This document shows positions 9,446 through 18,555 of a stretch of 46,166 bases of DNA, piece by piece (position 1 is the stretch's first letter; every line of letters begins with the position of its first letter). Both the position numbers and the translations under genes were made by a program. Origin of the DNA: Oscillospiraceae bacterium (GTDB taxonomy: Bacteria; Bacillota; Clostridia; Oscillospirales; Ruminococcaceae); NCBI GenBank assembly GCA_045634285.1, contig JAZQZW010000029.1:1-46166 (forward strand), given 5' to 3'. Under the pieces are notes generated by a model. That model worked only from the letters and a program-made list of their open reading frames with translations. It was not told the origin of the DNA and made no database searches.

Positions 9446-9892
9446 TCAGCCCTCAGTTACATCAACTGTTACCTTAGCTGTAACACCTGTATAAAGCTTG
9501 ATTTCAACCTCGTATGTTCCGAAGTTCTTGATATCTGTTTTAAGTGAAATTTTCTTTTTGTCAATCTTTCTGTCAAACTGCTTTTCTATAAGCTCTGCAA
9601 TATTGGCTGCTGTAACAGAGCCGAAAAGCTTGCCGCCGTTGCCAGCCTTTGCAACAGCCTTTACAGTTTTACCATTGATTACAGATGCAATTTCTTCTGC
9701 ATTCTGCTTTTCAACATCTTTTTTGTGCTGTGCTGACGCTTTCTGTCCATCAAGCAGATTCATATTTTTTGCTGTAGCTTCAACTGCAAGACCCTTGCCA
9801 AGAAGGAAATTTCTTGCATAGCCGTCAGAAACATTTTTAACTTCTCCCTTTTTTCCGGAGCCCTTTACGTCCTGTAAAAAAATAACTTTCAT
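9446..9892 (-). CDS. rplI: 50S ribosomal protein L9
   Basis: [30 protein letters not shown] and GKLFGSVT. Confidence 0.98.
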   Translation of the reverse strand: MKVIFLQDVKGSGKKGEVKNVSDGYARNFLLGKGLAVEATAKNMNLLDGQKASAQHKKDVEKQNAEEIASVINGKTVKAVAKAGNGGKLFGSVTAANIAELIEKQFDRKIDKKKISLKTDIKNFGTYEVEIKLYTGVTAKVTVDVTEG

Positions 9893-9909
9893 AGTCTTTT
9901 CTCCTTAAT

Positions 9910-11865
9910 TTAATCCGAATTTACGGCCTCAGTAAGCATCTGTTTTGCTTTTTCGACCGATGTATTTTCAAGCTGGGTTGCTGCCATAGTCTGATGACCG
10001 CCGCCGCCAAGCTTTTCCATTATAATCTGTACGTTCATTTCACCAAGTGAACGTGCGGAAATATTGGTTATATTTCCTGTTTTGTAAATAACAAATGATG
10101 CATCAACATCCTGAATACCAAGAAGTTCATCTGCTGTCTGAGGGGCAATAATTCTGATATCCGGAATATCACCCTCTGCGATGGCAACTGCACATTTATT
10201 GATAATTTCCGCAGATGAAATAAGAGCGGATTTCTGTTTGTAAGTGTCAATTGAACTTGTAAAGAATCCCTTGACCTTAACAGTGTCAGCACCGTTTTTT
10301 CTGAGATATGCCGCTGCTTCAAAGGTTCTTACACCTGTATGCATTACAAAGTTTTTTGTATCAAGCATAATACCTGCAAGAAGTCCCTCAGCAATTACCT
10401 GTGAAATAGAGTTTACATTTTTGAAGTACTGTATAACTTCAGTTATCATTTCCGAAGCAGATGATGCAAACGGTTCATGATGGAAAATAACAGCGTCATT
10501 TATAAAATTAACTGTCTTTCTGTGATGGTCAATAACAATTTTTCTTGCAGCCTTTTTGTAAAGTTTTGTACTTTCAACAAGTTCTGCATTATGTGTATCA
10601 ACAATAATAAGAAGCGAATTTTCGTTGAATTTTTCTTCTGCCTGTTCAGGTGAGATGATAAGGTCAGGATATTTTGACGATATCTTTTCAATAAGAGTAT
10701 GAGAAAGATTTTTTTGTGGGTCTACTACAAAGAAAGCGTTCTTTTCAAGCTTTCTTACAGCATACGAAAGTGCCGCACCTGAGCCTACAGCATCAAAGTC
10801 TGCAAATCTGTGTCCCATAACATAAATGTTTTCGCAGGTTGAAATAATCTCCTGCATAGCGTTTGAAATGATACGTGATTTTGCCTTTGACTTTTTCTCA
10901 ACACCCTTTGCAATACCACCGAAGAAACGGAAGCCATTTTCGGTTTTGATTGCCGCCTGGTCACCGCCACGTCCGAGACACATATCAAGTGCCTGTTTTG
11001 CAAAGGTTTCATTTTGCTCCAGGGTTTCTCCGTCACGGCCAACACCGATTGAAAAAGTGATTACATCACTTTTTCCGCCCACAGTAATGCTTCTTGCATT
11101 ATCAAGGATATTGAATTTGCTTCCGATAATTTCCTTTAAATGCTGTTCTTCAATAACAGCAATAAACTTATCATCATCAAGCTTTCTTAAAATTCCGTTT
11201 GTGCGTGACATAAATTCTTCAAGGAGAGTCTGAATAGAAGCTGAAACATGAGCCTTTTCACTTTCCTTGAAATTCTGAAGTACGTCCTCGTAGTTGTCAA
11301 TTACCATAAGTGCAACTGTAGGACGTGTACGTTTGTACTGGCTCAGAAGTTCAGCGTATTCAGAAATGTCTGTAAAGCTGAGATACACCATATTTTTATC
11401 TCTGCCTACAACAGGGATACAGTTTATTTTATATATATGGTCATTTATTTCAGCCTTTTCAACGCTGTCCTTCATAAGCTTGTTTATGTTAAGGTTTAAA
11501 AGCTTTGCAATATCACAGCCGACAGCTTCTTCCTCAGGCATAATTACAGTATCAAACTCCTTGTTGCACCATAAAATCTCGTTGTCAAGATTTAAATCAA
11601 CAATAACCACAGGATCGTCAAAATAGTAAAGAGCCTGATGTTCGGTACTGTTTATATAATCAGTAAGCTTTTCTTTACGTCTTACATGAATTTTGTGTGC
11701 CAGAATAATTTCAGTAATAAGAACTGCTGAAAATACAGTTGCCGGAATAATCGCAGCAAAGAATTTTGAAATACTGTAATCTTTAAGCAGTATTGCGGAA
11801 ACTACAGATGATAAAATCAAAAGTGCCGATGCAATTACGTATCCAAGCGGAAGCTTTCTTTTCAA
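9910..11865 (-). CDS. gdpP: Cyclic-di-AMP phosphodiesterase GdpP (DHH/DHHA1)
   Basis: Two TM helices, PAS-like region, degenerate GGDEF (GRGGDQA), GH-x3-DFDAVG, IDHH, GGGH; canonical position before rplI-dnaB. Probable TTG start at 11865, since the GTG at 11874 lies within the RBS. Confidence 0.93.
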   Translation of the reverse strand: MKRKLPLGYVIASALLILSSVVSAILLKDYSISKFFAAIIPATVFSAVLITEIILAHKIHVRRKEKLTDYINSTEHQALYYFDDPVVIVDLNLDNEILWCNKEFDTVIMPEEEAVGCDIAKLLNLNINKLMKDSVEKAEINDHIYKINCIPVVGRDKNMVYLSFTDISEYAELLSQYKRTRPTVALMVIDNYEDVLQNFKESEKAHVSASIQTLLEEFMSRTNGILRKLDDDKFIAVIEEQHLKEIIGSKFNILDNARSITVGGKSDVITFSIGVGRDGETLEQNETFAKQALDMCLGRGGDQAAIKTENGFRFFGGIAKGVEKKSKAKSRIISNAMQEIISTCENIYVMGHRFADFDAVGSGAALSYAVRKLEKNAFFVVDPQKNLSHTLIEKISSKYPDLIISPEQAEEKFNENSLLIIVDTHNAELVESTKLYKKAARKIVIDHHRKTVNFINDAVIFHHEPFASSASEMITEVIQYFKNVNSISQVIAEGLLAGIMLDTKNFVMHTGVRTFEAAAYLRKNGADTVKVKGFFTSSIDTYKQKSALISSAEIINKCAVAIAEGDIPDIRIIAPQTADELLGIQDVDASFVIYKTGNITNISARSLGEMNVQIIMEKLGGGGHQTMAATQLENTSVEKAKQMLTEAVNSD

Positions 11866-11892
11866 CAGCTTCACCTCCGAAAAAAATTATTG

Positions 11893-13683
11893 TCAGATTT
11901 CCATTATGATAGGTAAAATCATAGGGCTGCGCTTTGTCTTCTGATAGATATAATCAGAAAGAGCGTCACGCATACGTGTTTTGAGATAGTTCCATTCTCT
12001 GAAGTCATGAGTCTGACAGGATTCGAGAGTGTGTTCAAGCACTTCCTTTGCACTGTCAATAAGCTCTTCTGATTCTCTTACATACACAAAGCCTCTTGAA
12101 ATGATATCAGGACCTGAAACAATTGTGTTTGAAGCTTTTTCAATACCGATAACCACAATGATAAGACCGTCCTGTGCAAGATGTTTTCTGTCACGAAGTA
12201 CGATAGAACCGACATCGCCGACGCCAAGTCCGTCAACCAGAACCTTGCCTGCAGGAACCTGTGAAACAACATTGATTTTTGTTCCGTCAGTTTCAATTAC
12301 ATTGCCGATTTCACCAATTATGATGTTTTCAGGCGGCATGCCTAAATCCATAGCAAGCTCTGCATGTTTTTTAAGGTGCTTGTATTCACCGTGTACAGGA
12401 ATGAAAAACTTTGGCTTTGTAAGTGCCTGAATAAGCTTTAATTCCTCACGGCAGGCATGTCCTGAAACATGAACCTCATACATAGCCTCGTATACAACCT
12501 CAGCTCCCGACTTCATAAGTTCATTTACAACCTTTGTCACAAACTTTTCATTACCCGGAATAGGTGTGGCTGAAATGATGATAAAGTCCATAGGAGTGAT
12601 GTTTACTTTTTTATGGTCGTTCATTGCCATTCTTGTAAGAGCTGACATAGGCTCGCCCTGACTTCCTGTTGTGATAAGCACAATTTCGGAAGCGTCATAA
12701 CGGCTCATCATATCAATATCGATAAGCACACCCTTCGGAACGTTAAGATAGCCTATTTCAATGGCGGTTGTGATAACATTTATCATACTTCTTCCGAATA
12801 CGGCAACCTTTCTGCCGTAGCGTGAAGCGTTATCTATAATCTGTTGTATTCTGTGGATATTTGAAGAGAAGGTTGCAATAATAATTCGCTTGCCTTCACC
12901 CTTTGCAAACAGCTTTTCAAAAGATTCACCAACAGTTTTTTCAGACTGTGTGTAGCCTGGTCTTTCAGCATTGGTTGAGTCTGCCATAAGAGCCAGAACA
13001 CCCTTGCTGCCAAGCTCACCAAAACGTGTAAGGTCGATAATTTCACCGTTTATAGGGCTGTAGTCAACTTTGAAGTCACCTGTGTGAACAATAACTCCGG
13101 CAGGAGTGTGAACAGCCATACCAACAGCGTCAGGAATAGAATGGTTTACCTTGATAAACTCAACTGCCATACAGCCCATTTTTATTGTTCTTCTCGGTTC
13201 TGTCACAATAAGGTTTACCTTGCCTGAAAGTCCGTGCTCTTTAAGCTTTCCGTCAACAAGGGCAAGAGTAAGCTTTGTACCGTAAATAGGAACATTGATT
13301 TTTTTGAGAAGATATGCAAGACCGCCGATATGGTCTTCATGTCCGTGAGTCAGAACAATACCACGTACCTTTTCCTTGTTCTTTTCAATGTAAGTAAAGT
13401 CAGGAATTACGATATCTACACCCGGCATTTCTGTATCAGGAAATGCAAGACCGCAGTCGATGATAAACATATCGTTTGAACATTCGATAACTGTCATGTT
13501 TTTGCCGATTTCGTTAAGACCACCGAGAGGAATGATTTTAACAGGAGTTTTCTTCAGCTCCTTTTTCGGCTTTGGTGTAAATGTTGATTTTGGGAAGTTT
13601 TGGTTTTTTCTTGATCCCTGATTGTCGTTTCTCTTGAAAAATCTTTTTTTGATTTCTGAAGATTTTGCATTGTTGTTTTCCAA
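11893..13683 (-). CDS. rnj: Ribonuclease J
   Basis: PLGGLNEIGKN, THGHEDH, HTGDFK, DSTNA, GSQGEP, HVSGH, PVHGE; TTG start with GAGGT RBS; basic N-terminal extension. Confidence 0.97.
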   Translation of the reverse strand: MENNNAKSSEIKKRFFKRNDNQGSRKNQNFPKSTFTPKPKKELKKTPVKIIPLGGLNEIGKNMTVIECSNDMFIIDCGLAFPDTEMPGVDIVIPDFTYIEKNKEKVRGIVLTHGHEDHIGGLAYLLKKINVPIYGTKLTLALVDGKLKEHGLSGKVNLIVTEPRRTIKMGCMAVEFIKVNHSIPDAVGMAVHTPAGVIVHTGDFKVDYSPINGEIIDLTRFGELGSKGVLALMADSTNAERPGYTQSEKTVGESFEKLFAKGEGKRIIIATFSSNIHRIQQIIDNASRYGRKVAVFGRSMINVITTAIEIGYLNVPKGVLIDIDMMSRYDASEIVLITTGSQGEPMSALTRMAMNDHKKVNITPMDFIIISATPIPGNEKFVTKVVNELMKSGAEVVYEAMYEVHVSGHACREELKLIQALTKPKFFIPVHGEYKHLKKHAELAMDLGMPPENIIIGEIGNVIETDGTKINVVSQVPAGKVLVDGLGVGDVGSIVLRDRKHLAQDGLIIVVIGIEKASNTIVSGPDIISRGFVYVRESEELIDSAKEVLEHTLESCQTHDFREWNYLKTRMRDALSDYIYQKTKRSPMILPIIMEI

Positions 13684-13693
13684 TTTTTACCTC

Positions 13694-14014
13694 GCATTCT
13701 TTAACTATCCGAATAGTATACGGTTTTTCAGTTTGAAATATAATTTTGTTTGCCAAGTTACAGTAGTGAGATTTAATGTGTATTTCTTTGAGAAAAACAG
13801 ATATGTATATCCTAATCGGATTTTTATACTGCCGGCCTTTGACGATCACAGCCTTATGCAGTATATGTTTTTGTTTTGTTTGTCTTTTGTCTTTTTGTAC
13901 TTTTGTACTTTTGTACATATATATACAGGCATTTCCGTATGCCATAATACCATTTTTATTAAAAATTTTCTGTTCTGCCAAATGCGTACTGGCAGAATTT
14001 ACATATAAATATAC
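13694..14014 (-). ncRNA. Putative structured 5' leader RNA of rnj
   Basis: About 330 nt between a near-consensus promoter and the rnj start. Hairpins at 13973-13997, 13928-13943 and 13825-13865, plus an A-rich repeat tract. Confidence 0.45.
13866..13916 (-). repeat. Degenerate tandem ACAAAA(G) repeat tract
   Basis: Minus strand GTACAAAAGTACAAAAGTACAAAAAGACAAAAGACAAACAAAACAAAAACA. Confidence 0.8.
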
Positions 14015-14020
14015 ATACTA

Positions 14021-14049
14021 ATTATACGCAATTGTGTGTTAAAAGTCAA
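14021..14049 (-). promoter_or_regulatory. Sigma-A promoter of the rnj operon
   Basis: Minus strand TTGACT-17 nt-TATAAT. Confidence 0.8.
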
Positions 14050-14106
14050 GAAGGATTTGATATACTGTAAAATTAACTATAAAATTATTGGAAGTTAGAT
14101 ATTGTA

Positions 14107-15423
14107 TTATTCATTTTTATTGTGATTTGTTTTTGAAAATTTTACTTTTTTCCGCAGGATAATAAGCCCTACAAGGTTCGGAAACGCCATAAGACCGTTG
14201 AATATATCGGAGATAAGCCATACATTTTCAAGCTTTGAGTACGCACCGATTACAATGCAGAGAGAAAATACAATACGGTAAATAAAAATACCATTATGCC
14301 CAAATATGTATCTTATACAACATTCACCGCAAAAATACCAGCTTATTATAGTGGCAAATGCAAAAAGAACAATTGAGGCAGAAAGGAATATGTCCGAAAA
14401 ATTCCCCATAATGTCGGAAAATGCATGTGCACAAAGCAAAATACCCGTTTTGCCCGAAGAAAGACTTCCGCTTGTTATTATTGCAAGAGCAGTAAGGGTA
14501 CAGCATACGATAGTATCTGTAAAAACCTCAAATACTGCCCACATTCCCTGTTTCTGCGGGTCGGGATTGCCTGTGCCGCTGTGCAGGAGAGATGAGCTTC
14601 CAAGTCCTGCTTCGTTGGAAAATACTCCTCTGCAAAGACCTGTATTTATGCTTTTTCTGATAATTTCACCGCTTATGCCGCCGCTGATTGCTTTGATTCC
14701 GAATGCACCCTTGAAAATTTCTTCAAAAGCCTTAGGCAGAGCGTCTGAATTTTTTATTATAATTATCAATGCTGATGTTATGTAAACAAGCGACAAAACC
14801 GGAATTAAAATCTGGGAAACTTTGCCGATACGCTTTATGCTTCCTGATATAACTGCAAAAACCAGAACTGAAAAGACTATTCCTGTGTAAATCGGCGGAA
14901 TATTGAATGTATTTTCAATAGAAACCGATATGGAATTTATTTGTGTCATATTTCCCATTCCGAGAGATGCAAGACTGCAGAAAATGCAGAAAATAACAGC
15001 AAGCCATCTTTTTCCTGTGCCGTATTCAAGAAAAGCAATCGTGCCTCCCACACCTTTTTTACGATATATGACCCCGAGATAATTTTCAGCATAAACAAGT
15101 GTCATGCCAAGTATTGCGGAAATCCACATCCAGAATACCGAGCCTGCTCCGCCGATTGTAACTGCGGTTGCAACACCAACAATGTTTCCGATACCCATAG
15201 TAGCCGCAAGGGCTGTTGACAGGGATTGCAGCTGTGATACTCCTTTACCGTCAGAACTGCGTGTTGATTTGTCGGAAAAAAGCGAAAGAAATGTGTTTTT
15301 AAGTATATATGGGAATCTGATTATCTGAAAAAATCCCAGTTGTATGCTGATTATTAGTCCTGTACCAAGCAGTAATATCAGAAGAAAATTACTCCATACA
15401 AAATCACGTAATATTTCAAGCAT
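14107..15423 (-). CDS. Alanine/glycine:cation symporter (AGCS/AlsT family)
   Basis: TALAATMGIGNIVGVATAV, GGAGSVFWMW, RGVFSNEAGLGSS, EVFTDT, NGLMAFPNL. Probable start ATG 15423 after AAGGTG. Confidence 0.93.
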   Translation of the reverse strand: MLEILRDFVWSNFLLILLLGTGLIISIQLGFFQIIRFPYILKNTFLSLFSDKSTRSSDGKGVSQLQSLSTALAATMGIGNIVGVATAVTIGGAGSVFWMWISAILGMTLVYAENYLGVIYRKKGVGGTIAFLEYGTGKRWLAVIFCIFCSLASLGMGNMTQINSISVSIENTFNIPPIYTGIVFSVLVFAVISGSIKRIGKVSQILIPVLSLVYITSALIIIIKNSDALPKAFEEIFKGAFGIKAISGGISGEIIRKSINTGLCRGVFSNEAGLGSSSLLHSGTGNPDPQKQGMWAVFEVFTDTIVCCTLTALAIITSGSLSSGKTGILLCAHAFSDIMGNFSDIFLSASIVLFAFATIISWYFCGECCIRYIFGHNGIFIYRIVFSLCIVIGAYSKLENVWLISDIFNGLMAFPNLVGLIILRKKVKFSKTNHNKNE

Positions 15424-15452
15424 TTTTCTACACCTTCTTTTTGAAAAATTTA

Positions 15453-15520
15453 TTGAATTTGACATCTGTTATATGTTATAATATTAGAATAAGGATTATA
15501 AAAATACATAGTATGTATTT
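15453..15520 (+). promoter_or_regulatory. Sigma-A-type promoter and palindromic operator candidate for the ydbS/ydbT-like pair
   Basis: TTGAAT-18 nt-TATAAT with extended TG, followed by the perfect inverted repeat AAATACATA-G-TATGTATTT at 15502-15520. Confidence 0.5.
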
Positions 15521-15539
15521 GTTTTCAGGAGGGGTTCAG

Positions 15540-15965
15540 ATGAAAGAATACTATGCGGATAAAACCTGCCTTAATATACTCAGGGTTTCGATTTTAGTTC
15601 TGACGGTTATTATAAATGCGGTTTTGTCGTATTTTCTTGCTTTTATTCCCACAATAATGATAATTTCATGTATCGTGTTTTCAGTTGCCGGATTTTTTAC
15701 GGCACTTATATATCTTCCTGTATATTTCCGAAATATGAAATATCGTGTGTGGGAAGACAGAGTAGTTAAAGAAAGTGGATTTTATTTTATAAAAAAGCAG
15801 TCGCTTGATATCAGAAAAATACAGTATACAACTACAATATCAACACGTTTCAGAAAGCTTCCCGGGATAAATTGCGTCATACTTTATGCATACGGCGGAA
15901 TGATGCCGATTATGTTTGTGAGTAATGAAGATTTTGCGGAAATTGCCTATAATCTTAAAGTTTAA
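15540..15965 (+). CDS. YdbS-like small membrane protein with bacterial PH domain
   Basis: Two TM helices, then Y-x6-VVKESGFYFIKKQSLDIRKIQY, a bPH_2-like pattern. ATG 15540 follows AGGAGG. Paired with the larger downstream gene. Confidence 0.75.
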   Translation: MKEYYADKTCLNILRVSILVLTVIINAVLSYFLAFIPTIMIISCIVFSVAGFFTALIYLPVYFRNMKYRVWEDRVVKESGFYFIKKQSLDIRKIQYTTTISTRFRKLPGINCVILYAYGGMMPIMFVSNEDFAEIAYNLKV

Positions 15966-15983
15966 TATCAGGAGGAAAATCTG

Positions 15984-17483
15984 ATGATGATTCATGAACA
16001 TCCGCTCAGGATATTAAAGCACGCAAAAAACAGTATATGGCTTCTGATTTTCCCGATTTTGCGTGGTGTACGTTCGTTTACACTTGACGCAGATGCATTT
16101 TATACATGGGTTACGGGTGGTTGGTTTGACCTGATAGTGCTTATTATGATTATCGGAGCAGGATATATAACCTGGCTTTTTACATGGGTAAGACTCGGCA
16201 GAAATCATATAAGACTTATGCAGGGATTTATTGTTAAAAGAACTGTTGAGATACCTTATAAAAACATATCAGCCGTAACGGCACAGCATAATTTTTATTT
16301 AAGACCGTTTCAGGCGGTAAGGGTACACGTTGATACCGATGCAGGAGCTATGGGAACAACGGATATGTCGATTATGGTAAGACGTGATGATTTTAAAAAG
16401 CTTCAGAAAAAGCTTCCTAAAATTAAACGTGCAGAAAAGAAATCCTTTAAATTTCAACCAAGATGGTACAAAATTGTTTTTTTCTCATTTGTTTTTTCAA
16501 GCAGTCTTTCAGGTGCACTTTATATTTCAACCCTCATTTTCAATGCAGGCAGAATTGCGATGGACTTAATGCGTGAGGACCTGCCTGATGTTTACAAGGT
16601 TGCAAATGATGTTTCGCAGAATGTATCGCAAAACGTTTCTGCAAATGTGCCTGTTGAGATTCCTCCTGTTGTAATAGTTATTGTATCTGTGATTTTAGGT
16701 ATGTGGCTTTTGTCGTTCTTTTCAAATCTTTTCAGATATCATGACTTTATTATGAAAAAGGATGCACATATTATGCGTATCGTTTCGGGTGCTTTTACAA
16801 AAAGAGTGTTTCACATAATGCCGAAAAAGATTAATTTCCTTGATTTAAGACAGAGTTTTATTACAAAGGTTTTTAAAATCTTTTCTCTTAATATAAGCTG
16901 TTCGGGATACGGAAAAGGTAAAAATGAACTTCCTGTGCTTTTGCCGATTCTTAGCAGGAACGAGGTTGATGAAGCGCTTGAAATGCTTGGCTTTAACAAG
17001 TATCTTGTAAAAAGAAAGGTAAAGCCCGAAAAAACGGCTTTTATGACCTATATCGGAGCGCCATTATATACCTCACTTGGTATTCTTGTAGCAGGCTGGA
17101 TTACAATTAGACTGTTTCCACAGCTTCATGATATAGCACCATATGTTACAATAATTATTGCAGCACCGTTTATATGGCTGACTATTGTAAAATTCTATGC
17201 CTATCTGACAACCGGAATCACAGTAAACGAAGATTTTTGCTGTATAAGGTATTCAAGATTTTATGCTTTTCACACAATCATGGCAGATAGGTCAAAGCTT
17301 GTGAAAATTCAGATTTTTCAGGATTTAATAGATAAGAAAATAGGGAGATGCAGACTTGATTTTTATTTCAGTTCAGAACAGACAAGAATACACAAGGTAA
17401 AAGGACTGAGCGTGAAAGATGCACAGAAAATTATAGAGCAGTTTGGTGTTTTAAAGAATAATGAAACTATAGACGATTTTTAA
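15984..17483 (+). CDS. YdbT-like membrane protein with repeated TM-pair + PH domains
   Basis: HPL start motif; three repeats of TM hairpin plus soluble domain (GFIVKRTVEIPYKNISAV, GAFTKRVFHIMPKKINFL); ~500 aa. Confidence 0.78.
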   Translation: MMIHEHPLRILKHAKNSIWLLIFPILRGVRSFTLDADAFYTWVTGGWFDLIVLIMIIGAGYITWLFTWVRLGRNHIRLMQGFIVKRTVEIPYKNISAVTAQHNFYLRPFQAVRVHVDTDAGAMGTTDMSIMVRRDDFKKLQKKLPKIKRAEKKSFKFQPRWYKIVFFSFVFSSSLSGALYISTLIFNAGRIAMDLMREDLPDVYKVANDVSQNVSQNVSANVPVEIPPVVIVIVSVILGMWLLSFFSNLFRYHDFIMKKDAHIMRIVSGAFTKRVFHIMPKKINFLDLRQSFITKVFKIFSLNISCSGYGKGKNELPVLLPILSRNEVDEALEMLGFNKYLVKRKVKPEKTAFMTYIGAPLYTSLGILVAGWITIRLFPQLHDIAPYVTIIIAAPFIWLTIVKFYAYLTTGITVNEDFCCIRYSRFYAFHTIMADRSKLVKIQIFQDLIDKKIGRCRLDFYFSSEQTRIHKVKGLSVKDAQKIIEQFGVLKNNETIDDF

Positions 17484-17515
17484 TATTTTGCTTATAAAAA
17501 TATTGATGGGGAATT

Positions 17516-17709
17516 TTATATTTAGTCGGTGTAATTTTTTGAAGTATCAAAATTTATGTACGGGCGACCAATGGTCGCCCGTATAACAAATACGAATTAA
17601 AACGGGCGGTCAATGACCGCCCCTACAAAACAAAAAATAAATTCCACGAAGTTTATTTACATGTAAAGTAAAATGCGACATGTCCTGTCGGGTCACCGAC
17701 AAATTATAA
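17516..17709. mobile_element. Candidate non-autonomous miniature element with 16-bp imperfect terminal inverted repeats
   Basis: Left end TTATATTTAGTCGGTG versus reverse complement of the right end TTATAATTTGTCGGTG (14/16 identical). It encloses two REP-like palindromes and no ORF. Confidence 0.45.
17558..17626. repeat. Inverted doublet of REP-like palindromes (REPIN-like)
   Basis: GTAC-GGGCGACCA-A-TGGTCGCCC-G at 17558-17581 and, on the opposite strand, GTAG-GGGCGGTCA-T-TGACCGCCC-G at 17603-17626. Both are GC-rich hairpins with a GTA(G/C) foot in an AT-rich spacer. Confidence 0.8.
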
Positions 17710-17764
17710 TTTAGTTTTTAAATTGTTGGTGATAATTAGAATTGTGTATATATTGTGTAAAACC

Positions 17765-17793
17765 TTGACTTTTTACAGGTTTTAGGGTAAAAT
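17765..17793 (+). promoter_or_regulatory. Sigma-A promoter of mtnN-miaB
   Basis: TTGACT-17 nt-TAAAAT. Confidence 0.7.
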
Positions 17794-17855
17794 AATACTA
17801 TATATGCTTTTGGAATTATAACGAACTTATTTTCAACTTCTGAAAGGAGACAAAA

Positions 17856-18533
17856 ATGAAAACTATCGGAATTATCGGTGCTATGCCGTCAGAGCTTGCA
17901 GACATCAGAAACGTACTCAGTGATGCTGTTGTGAAAACTTATGCAGGTTATGACTTTTATATCTGCACTTATGGCGGAAAGCTTGTTGTAAGTGTATGTT
18001 GTGGAATTGCAAAGGTTAATGCTGCTTTATGCGCACAGGTTATGATTGATAAATTCAGCGTTGATGCGATTATCAATACAGGTGTTGCAGGCGGTATGAA
18101 CAAGAATGTAAAGGTATGCGATATTGTTGTGTCTGACGCAGTTTGTCCGCATGACTTAGAGCTTCGTTTCCTTGAAAATTATCCACCTTACCACTCAATG
18201 TACGAAGCAGATGAAAAGCTTGTAAATGCTGTTTGTCAGGTTTGTGCAGAAAAGAGCATTGTAAACCATGTGGGAAGAATTGTTTCAGGGGAAGCCTTTA
18301 TCTCTGACAATGCTGTAAAGCAGGATATCTGCGACAGACTTTCACCTCTTGCTGTTGATATGGAAACTGCCGCTATCGGTCAGTGTGCTTACAGAAACAA
18401 TGTACCTTTTGTAAGTGTAAGATGTATTTCAGACAATGCCGATGATGAGGGCGAAATGTCATTTGATGAATTTGAAAAGATTGCCGCTAAAAAGGTTGCT
18501 GAAATCGTTCTTGAAACAGTAAAGAAAATATGA
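17856..18533 (+). CDS. mtnN: 5'-methylthioadenosine/S-adenosylhomocysteine nucleosidase
   Basis: IGIIGAM, CGIAKVNAA, INTGVAGG, SGEAFI, VDMETAAI, RCISDNAD. Confidence 0.93.
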   Translation: MKTIGIIGAMPSELADIRNVLSDAVVKTYAGYDFYICTYGGKLVVSVCCGIAKVNAALCAQVMIDKFSVDAIINTGVAGGMNKNVKVCDIVVSDAVCPHDLELRFLENYPPYHSMYEADEKLVNAVCQVCAEKSIVNHVGRIVSGEAFISDNAVKQDICDRLSPLAVDMETAAIGQCAYRNNVPFVSVRCISDNADDEGEMSFDEFEKIAAKKVAEIVLETVKKI

Positions 18534-18555
18534 TTTTTAATCGAAACGGAGAATA

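Noticed and set aside
13866-13916. Repeat tract as a CRISPR array or iterons
   Set aside because: Units are 4-8 nt, degenerate and without spacers; no cas or rep genes.
13538-14021. ORFs of 147, 128 and 81 aa over the rnj upstream region
   Set aside because: No RBS, low-complexity K/Q or F/C composition caused by the repeat tract, and mutual overlap; better explained as leader RNA.
15424-15539. Strand switch as a replication origin or terminus
   Set aside because: No DnaA-box cluster, parS or dif-like site seen; consistent with an ordinary divergent promoter.
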